Below, piece by piece: positions 36,185-46,505 of a stretch of DNA of 64,000 nucleotides. Each line of letters begins with the position of its first letter. Position 1 is the first letter of the stretch. The position numbers and the translations under genes are program-made. The notes beneath the pieces are model-generated. The model did not search any database and was not told the origin of the DNA. It saw only the letters and a program-made list of their open reading frames with translations. The DNA is from a virus. The stretch spans positions 32,001-96,000 of IMG/VR virus record IMGVR_UViG_3300032242_003148. One strand, written 5' to 3'.

Positions 36185-36502
36185 CTAGATGCAAATCATC
36201 TCTAATTTATTAGTAGCATTATTCCTCTTATAGTAGCATAGTTCATCCAGTAGGAGAGCATTCTTTATAGCTAAAAAATCAGAGTCATTGAGTGAATTTA
36301 ATGCACTTTCTAGAATTTGTTTATTAACATCTGGGGTTATAATATTTCTAGAGCAATTGCAGCTGTTCGTTGGGGTTGTGCTAAGCTCGTTTTCTTTTAA
36401 ACTCGCAAACCTAGGCATTTCTTGCAATGCAGGTGTGGTTTTTATAAGTGTTAATATCTGGTTTACGCTGGTAAACACCATTCTTCTTTTAGCTGTGGAC
36501 AT
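36185..36502 (-). CDS. Hypothetical protein
   Basis: 105 aa with a CNC motif. Confidence 0.65.
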   Translation of the reverse strand: MSTAKRRMVFTSVNQILTLIKTTPALQEMPRFASLKENELSTTPTNSCNCSRNIITPDVNKQILESALNSLNDSDFLAIKNALLLDELCYYKRNNATNKLEMICI

Positions 36503-36511
36503 ATATGTATT

Positions 36512-37669
36512 TTAGTTGTTTGTAGGTAATAGTTGTACAGGAGAGCATAAATCGGATTCCAGAAATGTCAACCCAACAAATATAGTATTGTTGTTTAAAC
36601 CTGCCTGTCGGTTTCCGGATATATCTGTGTAACTGCTCAGGGTGGGAGTTATATTTGTGTCTTGAATAGGCTGCTGCACAGAATTTCCGTCAAAAAGATA
36701 AATATTGCTGCCTGCTGTGAATTTAAAAACACCGTTTTCATCTGGTGGTATTCCATTAATATATGAAATAATATCACCACAGTCATGGTATGCATCAGGT
36801 AAAAATCTAGTTGTACAGTCCATCTGTAAACCTAACCGATAACCTGCAGTCATGTTTATTAAGTTATTATTAAAATTTATAGCGTAGTTATATCCAGGAG
36901 CAAATTCTATATCTCCTGTTATACCTATGCTTGTTGCTGACTGCAATGGAAGAGATGGAACCAATGTATCGGTGTTTTTAGATCTAATAGTTAATGGTGC
37001 TCCACTAGAATTAGCTGGCCACAATCCAGTAAAAGTCCATTGAGCTCCAGGTGAAGGGTTACCAGAGGCTCCTGTTATTCCAGCAACCAAACCTCCGTTA
37101 AAAACAATTTCATAATTTTTGGGATTAGCTTGTATTTGTGGTCCCCATGCGGGATTACCTAATCCAACACTCACTGTGTTTTGACCAACAGTGGCCTGTC
37201 CCTGAAAGTTCATTATGTTTTCTATTTTGAACCCTCCGCTAACATAATTAGGATTACTTGAGATACTAACAACCCCATTCCATGCTCCACCAAACTGATA
37301 AACAACCGCAGGCTCTACAGGAACAGCAACGTTAAAAACAGTATTTCTTGTTACCTTTTTTAAGTCCTCACCTAGAACCAATAAACTTCCTGCGGTGTTT
37401 CTTAAATAAAGTGGAAATTTTATAGCATCCACGCCAGAAACGCCGTGCTCTGCATAGTTATAGTCAAAAAAGTTATCAGTGAAAATGACAGTTATATCTG
37501 TGGAATTAACTACCAATGCTGTTAATTTAGCTGTATTTGGGTTTGTTGAAGTGTTGATATTCAAAGACAAGTCAAGTATAGCTCCATCCGGGATCTGTGA
37601 AACCGTCTTACCCTCAATTAGTGGGTAAGCTCTCAGTGCGTTTTCATTAAGCCATTCTAATACTTCCAT
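36512..37669 (-). CDS. Tail/baseplate-associated paralogue 5
   Basis: N-terminal LEWLNENALRAYPL...IPD..ILD and C-terminal C..IISYINGIPPD..G. Confidence 0.65.
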   Translation of the reverse strand: MEVLEWLNENALRAYPLIEGKTVSQIPDGAILDLSLNINTSTNPNTAKLTALVVNSTDITVIFTDNFFDYNYAEHGVSGVDAIKFPLYLRNTAGSLLVLGEDLKKVTRNTVFNVAVPVEPAVVYQFGGAWNGVVSISSNPNYVSGGFKIENIMNFQGQATVGQNTVSVGLGNPAWGPQIQANPKNYEIVFNGGLVAGITGASGNPSPGAQWTFTGLWPANSSGAPLTIRSKNTDTLVPSLPLQSATSIGITGDIEFAPGYNYAINFNNNLINMTAGYRLGLQMDCTTRFLPDAYHDCGDIISYINGIPPDENGVFKFTAGSNIYLFDGNSVQQPIQDTNITPTLSSYTDISGNRQAGLNNNTIFVGLTFLESDLCSPVQLLPTNN

Positions 37670-37670
37670 A

Positions 37671-38441
37671 TTATGCAGATAATGTTGTTAGGGCTAGGCT
37701 GGATGTGTTGGCTGACGCCTGACCAACAACATATATTGAGAGATTCTGATTACTGATAGACTTAAACTTAACTATATCATTTCCACTTAATGTAATATTA
37801 TTGTTTAAAGGTTTAGTTAGGTTTATTTGTTTGAGTGGGTGTATTTTGCTATTTGTTGGCACAACGGCATTGGCAACAGCATTAAATGTAATAGATGCTG
37901 GCGAAGTAGAGGTGTTATAAAATATTGTATTTACACCGGCGGATGTCTGGTAAACTATACCACCTATTTCTGTGAAACTATCTGCTGTATCTTGGTTGGC
38001 TCCCAAAACGAGACTACCATAAGAATTATCCAATCGGTATACAGCGTCATTTAGAGGAATACTTCTAACTGTTGTTGGTATGAACGGGAGTGTTGTGTTT
38101 AACTGCTCTCCTACATAACTACCCCAAGCTGTGTTGGCTCCTTCGCCTATAGTTAAACATCCAAGATACCTATCTCTTCCTGAGTCATACATTCTTAAAT
38201 TTTTTATACCAGAATAAAAGTCAGTTTTTTGATATCTTGCGGTTACTTCACCATTATCAAACGATATTGTGAATTCCATATAATCTTCACCTACCAGTAA
38301 AGATGTAAACACAGGTATAAAATTATCAAATTGTATAAATGATGCATCAACCAACAGGTCGTTTATTTGAAATGGTGCAAAAAATGGATAATTAGTTAAT
38401 CCATTTTCATTTTGCCATCCTAATGTAGTATATTCAGCCAT
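37671..38441 (-). CDS. Tail/baseplate-associated paralogue 4
   Basis: N-terminal LGWQNENGLTNYPF...LLVDAS, later LKQINLTKP.NNNI. Confidence 0.65.
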   Translation of the reverse strand: MAEYTTLGWQNENGLTNYPFFAPFQINDLLVDASFIQFDNFIPVFTSLLVGEDYMEFTISFDNGEVTARYQKTDFYSGIKNLRMYDSGRDRYLGCLTIGEGANTAWGSYVGEQLNTTLPFIPTTVRSIPLNDAVYRLDNSYGSLVLGANQDTADSFTEIGGIVYQTSAGVNTIFYNTSTSPASITFNAVANAVVPTNSKIHPLKQINLTKPLNNNITLSGNDIVKFKSISNQNLSIYVVGQASANTSSLALTTLSA

Positions 38442-38443
38442 GA

Positions 38444-39886
38444 TTATCTGTAGTAGAGATATGGTTGAAGGGTAGAAACTCCTCCAGATACACTATTAAA
38501 ATAAACCGAAAATGTGTCACCATCAACAATATTCATAGGTATGGCATAACCTAGACCGGGGTTACTGTGAGTTGGATAAATACTGTCATTCACGGTTCTT
38601 ACGGTGGTAGAGCTATTAGGTGGGATAACTATTCTCTGGAATCCCTCTACGTTGGATGTACTCGGTGCTCCTGATATAAGTTTCGTAGTGCGTAGTAGAG
38701 ATACAGTTAATGTGGCTGCTCCTGTGTTTACATATACTAATGATAATGAGTATTTTTGTTTTGCCGCAGCTGGGTTTATGGAGACCTTGCCTATTAACAC
38801 AGTTGAGTCCGCATTAGCAGTAATTGGACTTATAGGTGTTATGCTGCTATACGTAAAGAATTGAGGCCACCACATAAACTCTGGGTCTGTTACAGAATAT
38901 AAATTGCTGGCGTGATATGCTGATTTAGTATAATAGCTATCTAGTCCTGTTGCTGAGGGGTTGGATCCTGGGAGTGTTCCTCTTTTTATATATATAGGTG
39001 AAATAGGGGGAAGTACTGAATTTCTTGCATTACACAAAGTATTAAGGGTTATAGGGGCGCCGCTGGTAATTGAATTTGCGGTTACTGACAATCCACCTAA
39101 ATCAGTCAATTGGTTTGAATTATCTATATTTTGCTGACTCTGAAAAGATAACGGAGCGACCCCCACCATGAATAAATTACCCTGTAATGCAGGTAGATAA
39201 TTATAAGTATTATGAGAATCAACAGACGTAGGAGATTGATAAAACGGTATAGCTCCATCAATGTATCTAATAACTGGTGTAGGGCAATTATTGAACAGAG
39301 AGGACTTATCTCCTAAGCTCGTAACACTAGCAGAATCTATAACTCCAAAATCAATTTTTTTTGGTGAGTCTACTGGTCTAGATTTTATAATGTTAGACAA
39401 CACCCCAAAATTTACATTTCCTGTTAACCTGGCTCCCCTATAGTTAATACTGGTGACTCCAGGAGGGGTATAATAAAAAATAGTAGACTCCTCTAATTCC
39501 ATTGCGAAAGGTTCAAAAGTATAAACACCAGATAAGGCACTCATGGCCTCCACAGTACCTACAATTAAATTACCACTAGTGAATTTCATTGACTCTGTGA
39601 GTCTTAGTGATGTGAACTCTGAAGTTATGGTTCCATAAAATATACCGATAGTTTCAAAAAAAGAATTAGATAATTTAGCTGCTAAAGTTATTCTTATATC
39701 AGCACCATCCACATATATCTGCCTAATAAATATATTCTTTCTGTCTAAGGTTGTGGTTATGCTTGCACCTACCAATAATTCGTTACTCACTTTTCTTCCG
39801 TCTATAGCGGTGAGAGAAGATTCCGCTTTTAACGGATAACTTCTGAATTGATTCTTGTTTAAAAATTCTAATGAGCTTAAAGACAT
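38444..39886 (-). CDS. Tail/baseplate-associated paralogue 3
   Basis: N-terminal LEFLNKNQFRSYPL, later CPTPVIRYIDGAIP. Confidence 0.65.
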   Translation of the reverse strand: MSLSSLEFLNKNQFRSYPLKAESSLTAIDGRKVSNELLVGASITTTLDRKNIFIRQIYVDGADIRITLAAKLSNSFFETIGIFYGTITSEFTSLRLTESMKFTSGNLIVGTVEAMSALSGVYTFEPFAMELEESTIFYYTPPGVTSINYRGARLTGNVNFGVLSNIIKSRPVDSPKKIDFGVIDSASVTSLGDKSSLFNNCPTPVIRYIDGAIPFYQSPTSVDSHNTYNYLPALQGNLFMVGVAPLSFQSQQNIDNSNQLTDLGGLSVTANSITSGAPITLNTLCNARNSVLPPISPIYIKRGTLPGSNPSATGLDSYYTKSAYHASNLYSVTDPEFMWWPQFFTYSSITPISPITANADSTVLIGKVSINPAAAKQKYSLSLVYVNTGAATLTVSLLRTTKLISGAPSTSNVEGFQRIVIPPNSSTTVRTVNDSIYPTHSNPGLGYAIPMNIVDGDTFSVYFNSVSGGVSTLQPYLYYR

Positions 39887-39900
39887 AGCTATACGTTAAT

Positions 39901-42900
39901 TTATACCTTCCTAACCTGTAATTGTACAGTCTTTGTTACCGTGGATGAGCTCCAACAAGGGTCTGAAATTGGGGTAAATGAAACAAGCAGTGGATAGCTT
40001 GCTATAGTTCCTACAGCCTGCCCTGTCATAGGGTATACTGTTCCTACTGCTGGGGAATATGTAAATTCCCCCTGTACCTCTGAGTTATTGTCTGTAGTTA
40101 GCACAGCTATTGCGTTTAATTGATCACCACTCAATGGGGTTGTGGAGGTTATCTGATCTGGGGTGGGCCACAATATTGTAACCGGACCAGCAGTTACATC
40201 GAATTGGCGATTCACAGTGGTTATTGCTATATTTGCATTGTCAGTAGGTGTAAAGGTTATTGAAATTGAAGAACTACCTGCGGCAAGTCTCGAGTTTGAA
40301 TATAATGAATATGAGAAAGTTCCAGGATACGGTGGAGTAGATCCCTCTGTAGCGGTTAATAATCCCGCGGATAGTGCAGTAGCGCCGCAATATATATTGG
40401 TTGGCGGAGTCCAATTTATTGTTGCTGCTGCTTTGGTTACATTTAATGCCACAGATAATATGGAATCTGCGTAGTCGGCATCAGTTGATGTGAATGTGGC
40501 GGTTAGTAAACTTATTCCTGCATTGAGTCTTGTGCCAGCTGCGGGAGAGTATGATATACTTCCTGCTGCCGGGGTTGTTTGTGTGGCGTTTAACTGAGTC
40601 GAACTGAGCAGGGTACCATAACTGATGCTTGCTGGAGTTGCCCAATTTAATATGGATGGTAATTTTGTTAAATCCAAAGTGATATTAAAATTCTGTGAAG
40701 TACCTGCAGGATTACTAGCAGTAATGGTGATTTGATATGATTGTCCTACATCACCATTAGATGGAGTGCCTATAATATTGCCATAGCAGTCTATGCTCAG
40801 GGATGATGGTAATCCCACAGCTACAAATGCCGTTGGATTATTATAAGTATTAAATTTAATTAATGGCTTGTCTGCTGTGTATGGTCCTGATGAAGTATAA
40901 ACAGATGGTTTGAACTTGTATGTGGTAGGCCCAGAGGTTACTGCAGTTATTGTGGTGGTAGCTTCAATAATCGATGGAACTCCTGTATAATTAATCGTAT
41001 ATTTGGTGTTTGATGACCCCCCAACATAGTTATCAGTAACAACTATATCATAATTTCCTGATCTATTTACATATGTTGGAGAACCATAAATGTTGCACGT
41101 GGCTGTCACATTTGCATTAAACGACACACCAACTGGAAGACTTCCAGAAGTTAAAGTGTAGGCCGTAGAAGAATCTTGACTGGTTATGGCCACACATACG
41201 TTACCTCCCTGTATAACAGGTATATTTTGAGTTGTGTCTTTTACTATGATTTGACAAGCAACTGTGGCCGAGGTTCTTGCATTATTTGCCGTGAGATTGA
41301 CATTATATGTACCTGACCCTATAGAAGCTACCGGACCACCAATCACAGCCCCGGTTGCGCTATCGATTGTTAATGGGGATGGTAAACCTGTAGCGGAGTA
41401 ACTTGTTGGAAATCCAGAGCACGTTAAAGAAAGCAATGGAGAATTATTTGTATATACTCTGTTTTGATAGTCCGGTGGATTGATAGTATAAATATTACTC
41501 GCGGTTGGTGAAGAGATGGTAACCTTGTCAGCACGATAGTCTATTAAAAAACTAAATGGTATAGATATACCGTTTTTGCGGGCATAAATAGTAATTGGAT
41601 ATTTGGCGCTTGTGTCTATTGTACTAGTTCCTGATATGTTGCAACCCGCTAAACTAGATGTATTAAAGGTTAATCCTTGCGGTAGGCTTCCTGAATATGT
41701 GTAACTGTCAGAAGCTCCGAGACCAGTTATCTTATAGCAGTAGTTTGAGTTATTATATACAACGTCAGATACCGGCGAAGCTGAAATATAAATAGTTATA
41801 ACTACATAAGATTTTGCTCCAGCTATGTTTTTCGCTGTGATGGTTGGATAGTAATATCCCTCAGCAACAGAAGTAGATCCTACTATTTGACCAGCGTTAT
41901 TAATGCTAAGTCCTGTGGGTAATCTGTCAGCCGTATAGCTTGTAGGAGAATTATCGGCCAGAACCTGTAACAGTGGTGCGAGTGTAGTATAGTTAGTTGT
42001 ACTATATGTGGGAGATACAATGTAGAATGTTTGCTGACTGACTGGATAAGTTATTTTAGGTGCTGGTATATAATTTATATTAAACTGGCGACTAGATATA
42101 ATTTTTCCTTTTGTTATTTTTAATACTATGTGATATGTAGCAGCGGTGGTTTGTGCTAGCAGACCTGATGGATAATATAAGTGGCAAGAGCTATTCACAC
42201 TAGAGTTTACATATAACCAAGAAGGCAGGGATTCTCCGTATACTGGCTCCACCGCGAATGAAACATTAGGTGTAGTTTTTAGCTCATTTAAATCCGCGAA
42301 CTGGTAACAAAAAGCTGTGCCCTCATAAGCATTTATAGTTTCAGGTGTGGAATTAAGTAAAATATTTAATGTTACTGTTGAGGAGTTGCCTGCCGAGTTG
42401 GTGGCGTATATGCTTACAGGATAGTTTCCTGCAGTGGTTGTGGTTATTTTACCAATAATATTTCCATAGTTATCTATTGATAGTCCTGCAGGTAGTCCTG
42501 TGGCCGAGAAAGACGTAGGCAAATTATCAGCAGCAACAACAAGGAGAGGATGGTTTGTTGTGAAGGTTGAAGATTGCCCGAAAGTATTATTAAAATCTGG
42601 GGGATATATGGTTAAGGTTGAGCCGTCTAATGGATATTTGATATTCGGGATAGATGAGTTTGGAATATCATATTGTATTTGCCTATACCCTCCGGATACT
42701 AAATCTTGTCTAACAATCACAGAAGTTACACCTGAAGTTAACTCATAGTTAGTTCCTGAAAAATTAGCTACAGCTCCATTGCTACTTAAGTTTAATTTAG
42801 GATCAAATATCAGCCAACCCGGTAAAACAGCATTTACCGACATAGATACAACGTCACTTCCTACTATAATAATATAATTAAATGGAACCCCATAAACAGC

Positions 42901-45594
42901 TGCTGGAGTTGTTATAGGATTTCCCTGTATTACTAATGCCACTGTTGATGTTAATGAACTTCCAGCTTCGTTGGTTGCCCCGAATGTTAAATTATATGTA
43001 GCAGGATAATTTGTGTTGCTAGGCATCTGTATTTTACCAACCAGCCCTGCGCCAGAAACAGACAGCCCTGGAGGTAGGCTAGGTGATCCAATAATAGAAT
43101 AACTCGTTGGAATGTTGGTTGCTATTATAGGGAGTAGTGGGGAGTATTTAGAAAATACTCTAGTCGTTAGGGTTTGTGGACCACCATCAGGTGGATATAT
43201 TGTAAAGGTTGAACCTGAAGGTGGGTAACTTATGACAGGGCGGGCAATATATTTTAATGCTAATGATATGGCTGATATTTGTGCGCCCCTTCCAGTGATT
43301 GTTATAAAGTATGTTCTGCTAGTAACCCCTGTTGGATTGCCTGAATAGAGTCTGGGGCTTGATTGGGTTGTGCTGACCGTTAACCATGAGGGTATGTCAC
43401 CCGACACTGTGTAGGATGTTGCTCCATCGATTGATATGGGGTAATTAAACTGTTTTCCTGCTGTTGCTGTTGCGGTGTCTGACCTGGATGAAGTGGCTAC
43501 GCATAATGCAGCCGTAAGTGTGCTTGAGGGGGCGGGAATTGTGGCTGCGGCTACTGCACCATTAAGATAATACGGTATAGTAACATTAGGTGTAGCTGAT
43601 GTATTTGTTACAACAAACGAAACTCCCCCACTGTTTAAATTACTAGAGCTAGGAGAACATGGTATGAAATATATAGATTCGTATATATTATAGTCTTGGC
43701 AAGCTATACTTCCACTTGTTGCTCCATAAGCTATTTCACCTTTACTGTTTTTTATTTTAACAGAGGAGTTAACCAACTGAGCCAAACCTGAAGATTCTGA
43801 AGCTACGCTATATGTGATAGGGGCAGCTGATGGATTATATATAATAATTACAGAAGTAACGAAAGTACCATAATTTCTAGAATCGTTGTATGCTTCTACC
43901 GTACCATAATTTAAGTCTATGTACGGTATGTTTTGTGTTGATACTTTTAAATTTTTAGTAATTATTGCAGAATTAAGCGCATTCTTAAACCCAAGATCCA
44001 TCACAGTAAAAGGATAATATACTGTGTTAGTATTTAATAAATTACATTGAGTGGTAAACTCGCTAGGGGTTTGTGTGGTGGGACCTATAAGAATTTGACT
44101 AGAGGTTAGTACTTGCTTTATTTGAAATGTATATGTTTTTGAGCCTTTTGTAATTTTTATATCTCTACCCTCATGAAAATACTTTTTAAATTCTCCCGTG
44201 CATGTCTGTGACTGGTTTCCTGTTGGTGTTGGGCACCATGAGTGCGCTGCAAAATAAGCGCTATTCACTATGTTGGACGAACTCTCTAATGAGAATGGTG
44301 ATCCAACTATATTACCTGAGCCATAGGCCTGGCTAGGATTGTTTACAATCTTATATAACTCAGCTGCACCGTCTGTAATTCTATTTAAATATGTTGCAAA
44401 CGCGCTTAAATTTTCAGGAGCACATTTAGCGCTACAGTTATTTTTAAATATAAGTCCATGACCGCCCGCGCTAGACGATATAGCATTAAACACTGTTTTT
44501 TTCTGCTTTATAGTAATAGGAAATCCTGTGGTTATGATTGGCCAGGCGCCAGTAATTATCCAGTCTGTTACTGAGCCTGACACGCGAGTGGCCCCTGTTA
44601 ATTTTTCAGCCACATAACCACCATTAAAAATAATACCGTAATACCCAGGGTTAGCGGCTATCGCGGGCCCTAGCGATGGGTCAGTTAATCTTACAGTTAT
44701 TGTGTTTGCCCGTACTAATCTTGGAGGATATGGAACAACATCGTGCTGAATTGTATAAGTTATCCCGTCATTTATCGGTGTAACAAATTTTGAATAATCT
44801 GAGGCAGTTTTTATGTGGTTGGGATCAGATGACAACCCAGTTATGTCTGTTAGTTGTGCTGCAGACAATAAACCAAGTGAGTAACAATCATCTGCATTTA
44901 AAAAAAGTGAACCAGCGTCATTAGGGCTAACTTCATTAACTGTGTATAGATCTTTTATATTGCCTGTGCTGCAGGGATCCCATAAGCCTGTACCGTTACC
45001 ACGTAGCACATCTAAATAAATTGTCTGGTTTGTTCCGCTGCTGAATTCATTGTTAGCTCCGTTGCTTATATAGGCAGTACTTCCAGAAAAATATGTATGA
45101 ACATTAGTTAGTGCCTGTCCAGAAATAGCCCCCTGGGGTGTATAGGCGTTAAATGTTAATGACTTTACAGCTCTTGGGTAATATTGAATTACAGAAGAAA
45201 CAAACTCGGTTTGATCTGCTGTGTAAGCGGTTGGGCTATAGTCGCCCACCAAAAAAGATATCCCAGGACCGAACACCAATTTAATACTCCATTTTAACGA
45301 TGAATAAGATATAAAACTTGTGGTCTGATTAAACAAATGACTTTCTGCTGCAGCAATAGGAAAAACAATATTTCCTATTATTCCTAAATTTACCTCAGAC
45401 AACTCTATAGAAATATTTATAGAGATTTTAGAAATTTTTGAGATATAAACCCTTTTTATATCATGCTCGTTTGTTATAAACAAAGCGTCAAGAAAAGCAT
45501 CATCAGGAATACTAAGACTAGAATTAACCGCCCTACTATCCTTGAAGGGGTAGCTAATTAAACTATTAGTGCTTAAATATTCTAGCGCAGGCAT
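39901..45594 (-). CDS. 1897-aa tail fibre/adhesin with tandem Ig-like repeats (paralogue 2)
   Basis: N-terminal LEYLSTNSLISYPF. Repeated PTSxSATGLPxGLSID-type putative Ig domains and three C-terminal W-x-T/P-P repeats. Confidence 0.75.
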   Translation of the reverse strand: MPALEYLSTNSLISYPFKDSRAVNSSLSIPDDAFLDALFITNEHDIKRVYISKISKISINISIELSEVNLGIIGNIVFPIAAAESHLFNQTTSFISYSSLKWSIKLVFGPGISFLVGDYSPTAYTADQTEFVSSVIQYYPRAVKSLTFNAYTPQGAISGQALTNVHTYFSGSTAYISNGANNEFSSGTNQTIYLDVLRGNGTGLWDPCSTGNIKDLYTVNEVSPNDAGSLFLNADDCYSLGLLSAAQLTDITGLSSDPNHIKTASDYSKFVTPINDGITYTIQHDVVPYPPRLVRANTITVRLTDPSLGPAIAANPGYYGIIFNGGYVAEKLTGATRVSGSVTDWIITGAWPIITTGFPITIKQKKTVFNAISSSAGGHGLIFKNNCSAKCAPENLSAFATYLNRITDGAAELYKIVNNPSQAYGSGNIVGSPFSLESSSNIVNSAYFAAHSWCPTPTGNQSQTCTGEFKKYFHEGRDIKITKGSKTYTFQIKQVLTSSQILIGPTTQTPSEFTTQCNLLNTNTVYYPFTVMDLGFKNALNSAIITKNLKVSTQNIPYIDLNYGTVEAYNDSRNYGTFVTSVIIIYNPSAAPITYSVASESSGLAQLVNSSVKIKNSKGEIAYGATSGSIACQDYNIYESIYFIPCSPSSSNLNSGGVSFVVTNTSATPNVTIPYYLNGAVAAATIPAPSSTLTAALCVATSSRSDTATATAGKQFNYPISIDGATSYTVSGDIPSWLTVSTTQSSPRLYSGNPTGVTSRTYFITITGRGAQISAISLALKYIARPVISYPPSGSTFTIYPPDGGPQTLTTRVFSKYSPLLPIIATNIPTSYSIIGSPSLPPGLSVSGAGLVGKIQMPSNTNYPATYNLTFGATNEAGSSLTSTVALVIQGNPITTPAAVYGVPFNYIIIVGSDVVSMSVNAVLPGWLIFDPKLNLSSNGAVANFSGTNYELTSGVTSVIVRQDLVSGGYRQIQYDIPNSSIPNIKYPLDGSTLTIYPPDFNNTFGQSSTFTTNHPLLVVAADNLPTSFSATGLPAGLSIDNYGNIIGKITTTTAGNYPVSIYATNSAGNSSTVTLNILLNSTPETINAYEGTAFCYQFADLNELKTTPNVSFAVEPVYGESLPSWLYVNSSVNSSCHLYYPSGLLAQTTAATYHIVLKITKGKIISSRQFNINYIPAPKITYPVSQQTFYIVSPTYSTTNYTTLAPLLQVLADNSPTSYTADRLPTGLSINNAGQIVGSTSVAEGYYYPTITAKNIAGAKSYVVITIYISASPVSDVVYNNSNYCYKITGLGASDSYTYSGSLPQGLTFNTSSLAGCNISGTSTIDTSAKYPITIYARKNGISIPFSFLIDYRADKVTISSPTASNIYTINPPDYQNRVYTNNSPLLSLTCSGFPTSYSATGLPSPLTIDSATGAVIGGPVASIGSGTYNVNLTANNARTSATVACQIIVKDTTQNIPVIQGGNVCVAITSQDSSTAYTLTSGSLPVGVSFNANVTATCNIYGSPTYVNRSGNYDIVVTDNYVGGSSNTKYTINYTGVPSIIEATTTITAVTSGPTTYKFKPSVYTSSGPYTADKPLIKFNTYNNPTAFVAVGLPSSLSIDCYGNIIGTPSNGDVGQSYQITITASNPAGTSQNFNITLDLTKLPSILNWATPASISYGTLLSSTQLNATQTTPAAGSISYSPAAGTRLNAGISLLTATFTSTDADYADSILSVALNVTKAAATINWTPPTNIYCGATALSAGLLTATEGSTPPYPGTFSYSLYSNSRLAAGSSSISITFTPTDNANIAITTVNRQFDVTAGPVTILWPTPDQITSTTPLSGDQLNAIAVLTTDNNSEVQGEFTYSPAVGTVYPMTGQAVGTIASYPLLVSFTPISDPCWSSSTVTKTVQLQVRKV

Positions 45595-45606
45595 ATACCG
45601 GTAATT

Positions 45607-46503
45607 TTAACTTCCACATGAGCAGCTAGAATTAACGGTTGTTAAGTAACTGACCAGCTGCCCATTCAATGTATTATAATAGTTCTTCAAATCAATGAAA
45701 CTATTTTCTAAGCTGGTTAATCTGGTGGTTAGCGTGGATAGATCTGTACATCCTGAACAAGGGGTACAACAAGAATCATTGAACTGTAGTGTATATGCGT
45801 TGCCGCTAGATATCTGCATACAATCCACACCTATTAATGTGAGATTTCCAGAAGCGGGATCTGGTGTAACACCATTTATTTTTTGTATACAATTTGTTTT
45901 AGTACAAATCTGATTTAATCCTAAGTTATCTCCAACATCCATAGCAACACTATTGTTTATTGCGTTATACGTGAATGTCATGTTGGTTCTGGCATTCATG
46001 GTTATGTCACCTGTGAATGTATCTGTGTTTCCATCAGCATCAATATATGTGATAGAATTTACTCCTAATAGTCCTGGTACTATGGTTCTTGTTTCTAGCT
46101 CTGTAGAGGTATTTAAAAATGTGAATTGTCCGGCAGGTTGGAGTTGGAGGGCATCTCCAGTGCCTATTGTTATTTTTCCTGTACTCCCAGCATAAGTACC
46201 AATAGGGGTTAAGTAATATGTATCGTTTAATTTGTGACTATTAAAATCCACAAAAAAACTTCCAACTATGGTGCCACTAGTATATTCCGCAATTTGTATA
46301 GTGCATGAAAATAAGTTATTAAAAAATGCAGATATATAAAATCTTGCTGCAGTATTTGTACTTGCAGATATAGATATATCCACAATAAGTGAATCAGGAA
46401 TTTGGAAAAGTCCATCAGTGCTCGTTACGCTGCTACCTTCTCTTATGGGGTATCTGCGTAATGAGTTTAGGTCAAGATAGTCTAATGAATCAATCCAGGG
46501 CAT
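45607..46503 (-). CDS. Tail/baseplate-associated paralogue 1
   Basis: LDYLDLNSLRRYPI...IPDSLIVD, CIQKINGVTPD..GN, CCTPCSGC, then a C-terminal coiled coil. Confidence 0.65.
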   Translation of the reverse strand: MPWIDSLDYLDLNSLRRYPIREGSSVTSTDGLFQIPDSLIVDISISASTNTAARFYISAFFNNLFSCTIQIAEYTSGTIVGSFFVDFNSHKLNDTYYLTPIGTYAGSTGKITIGTGDALQLQPAGQFTFLNTSTELETRTIVPGLLGVNSITYIDADGNTDTFTGDITMNARTNMTFTYNAINNSVAMDVGDNLGLNQICTKTNCIQKINGVTPDPASGNLTLIGVDCMQISSGNAYTLQFNDSCCTPCSGCTDLSTLTTRLTSLENSFIDLKNYYNTLNGQLVSYLTTVNSSCSCGS

Positions 46504-46505
46504 CG

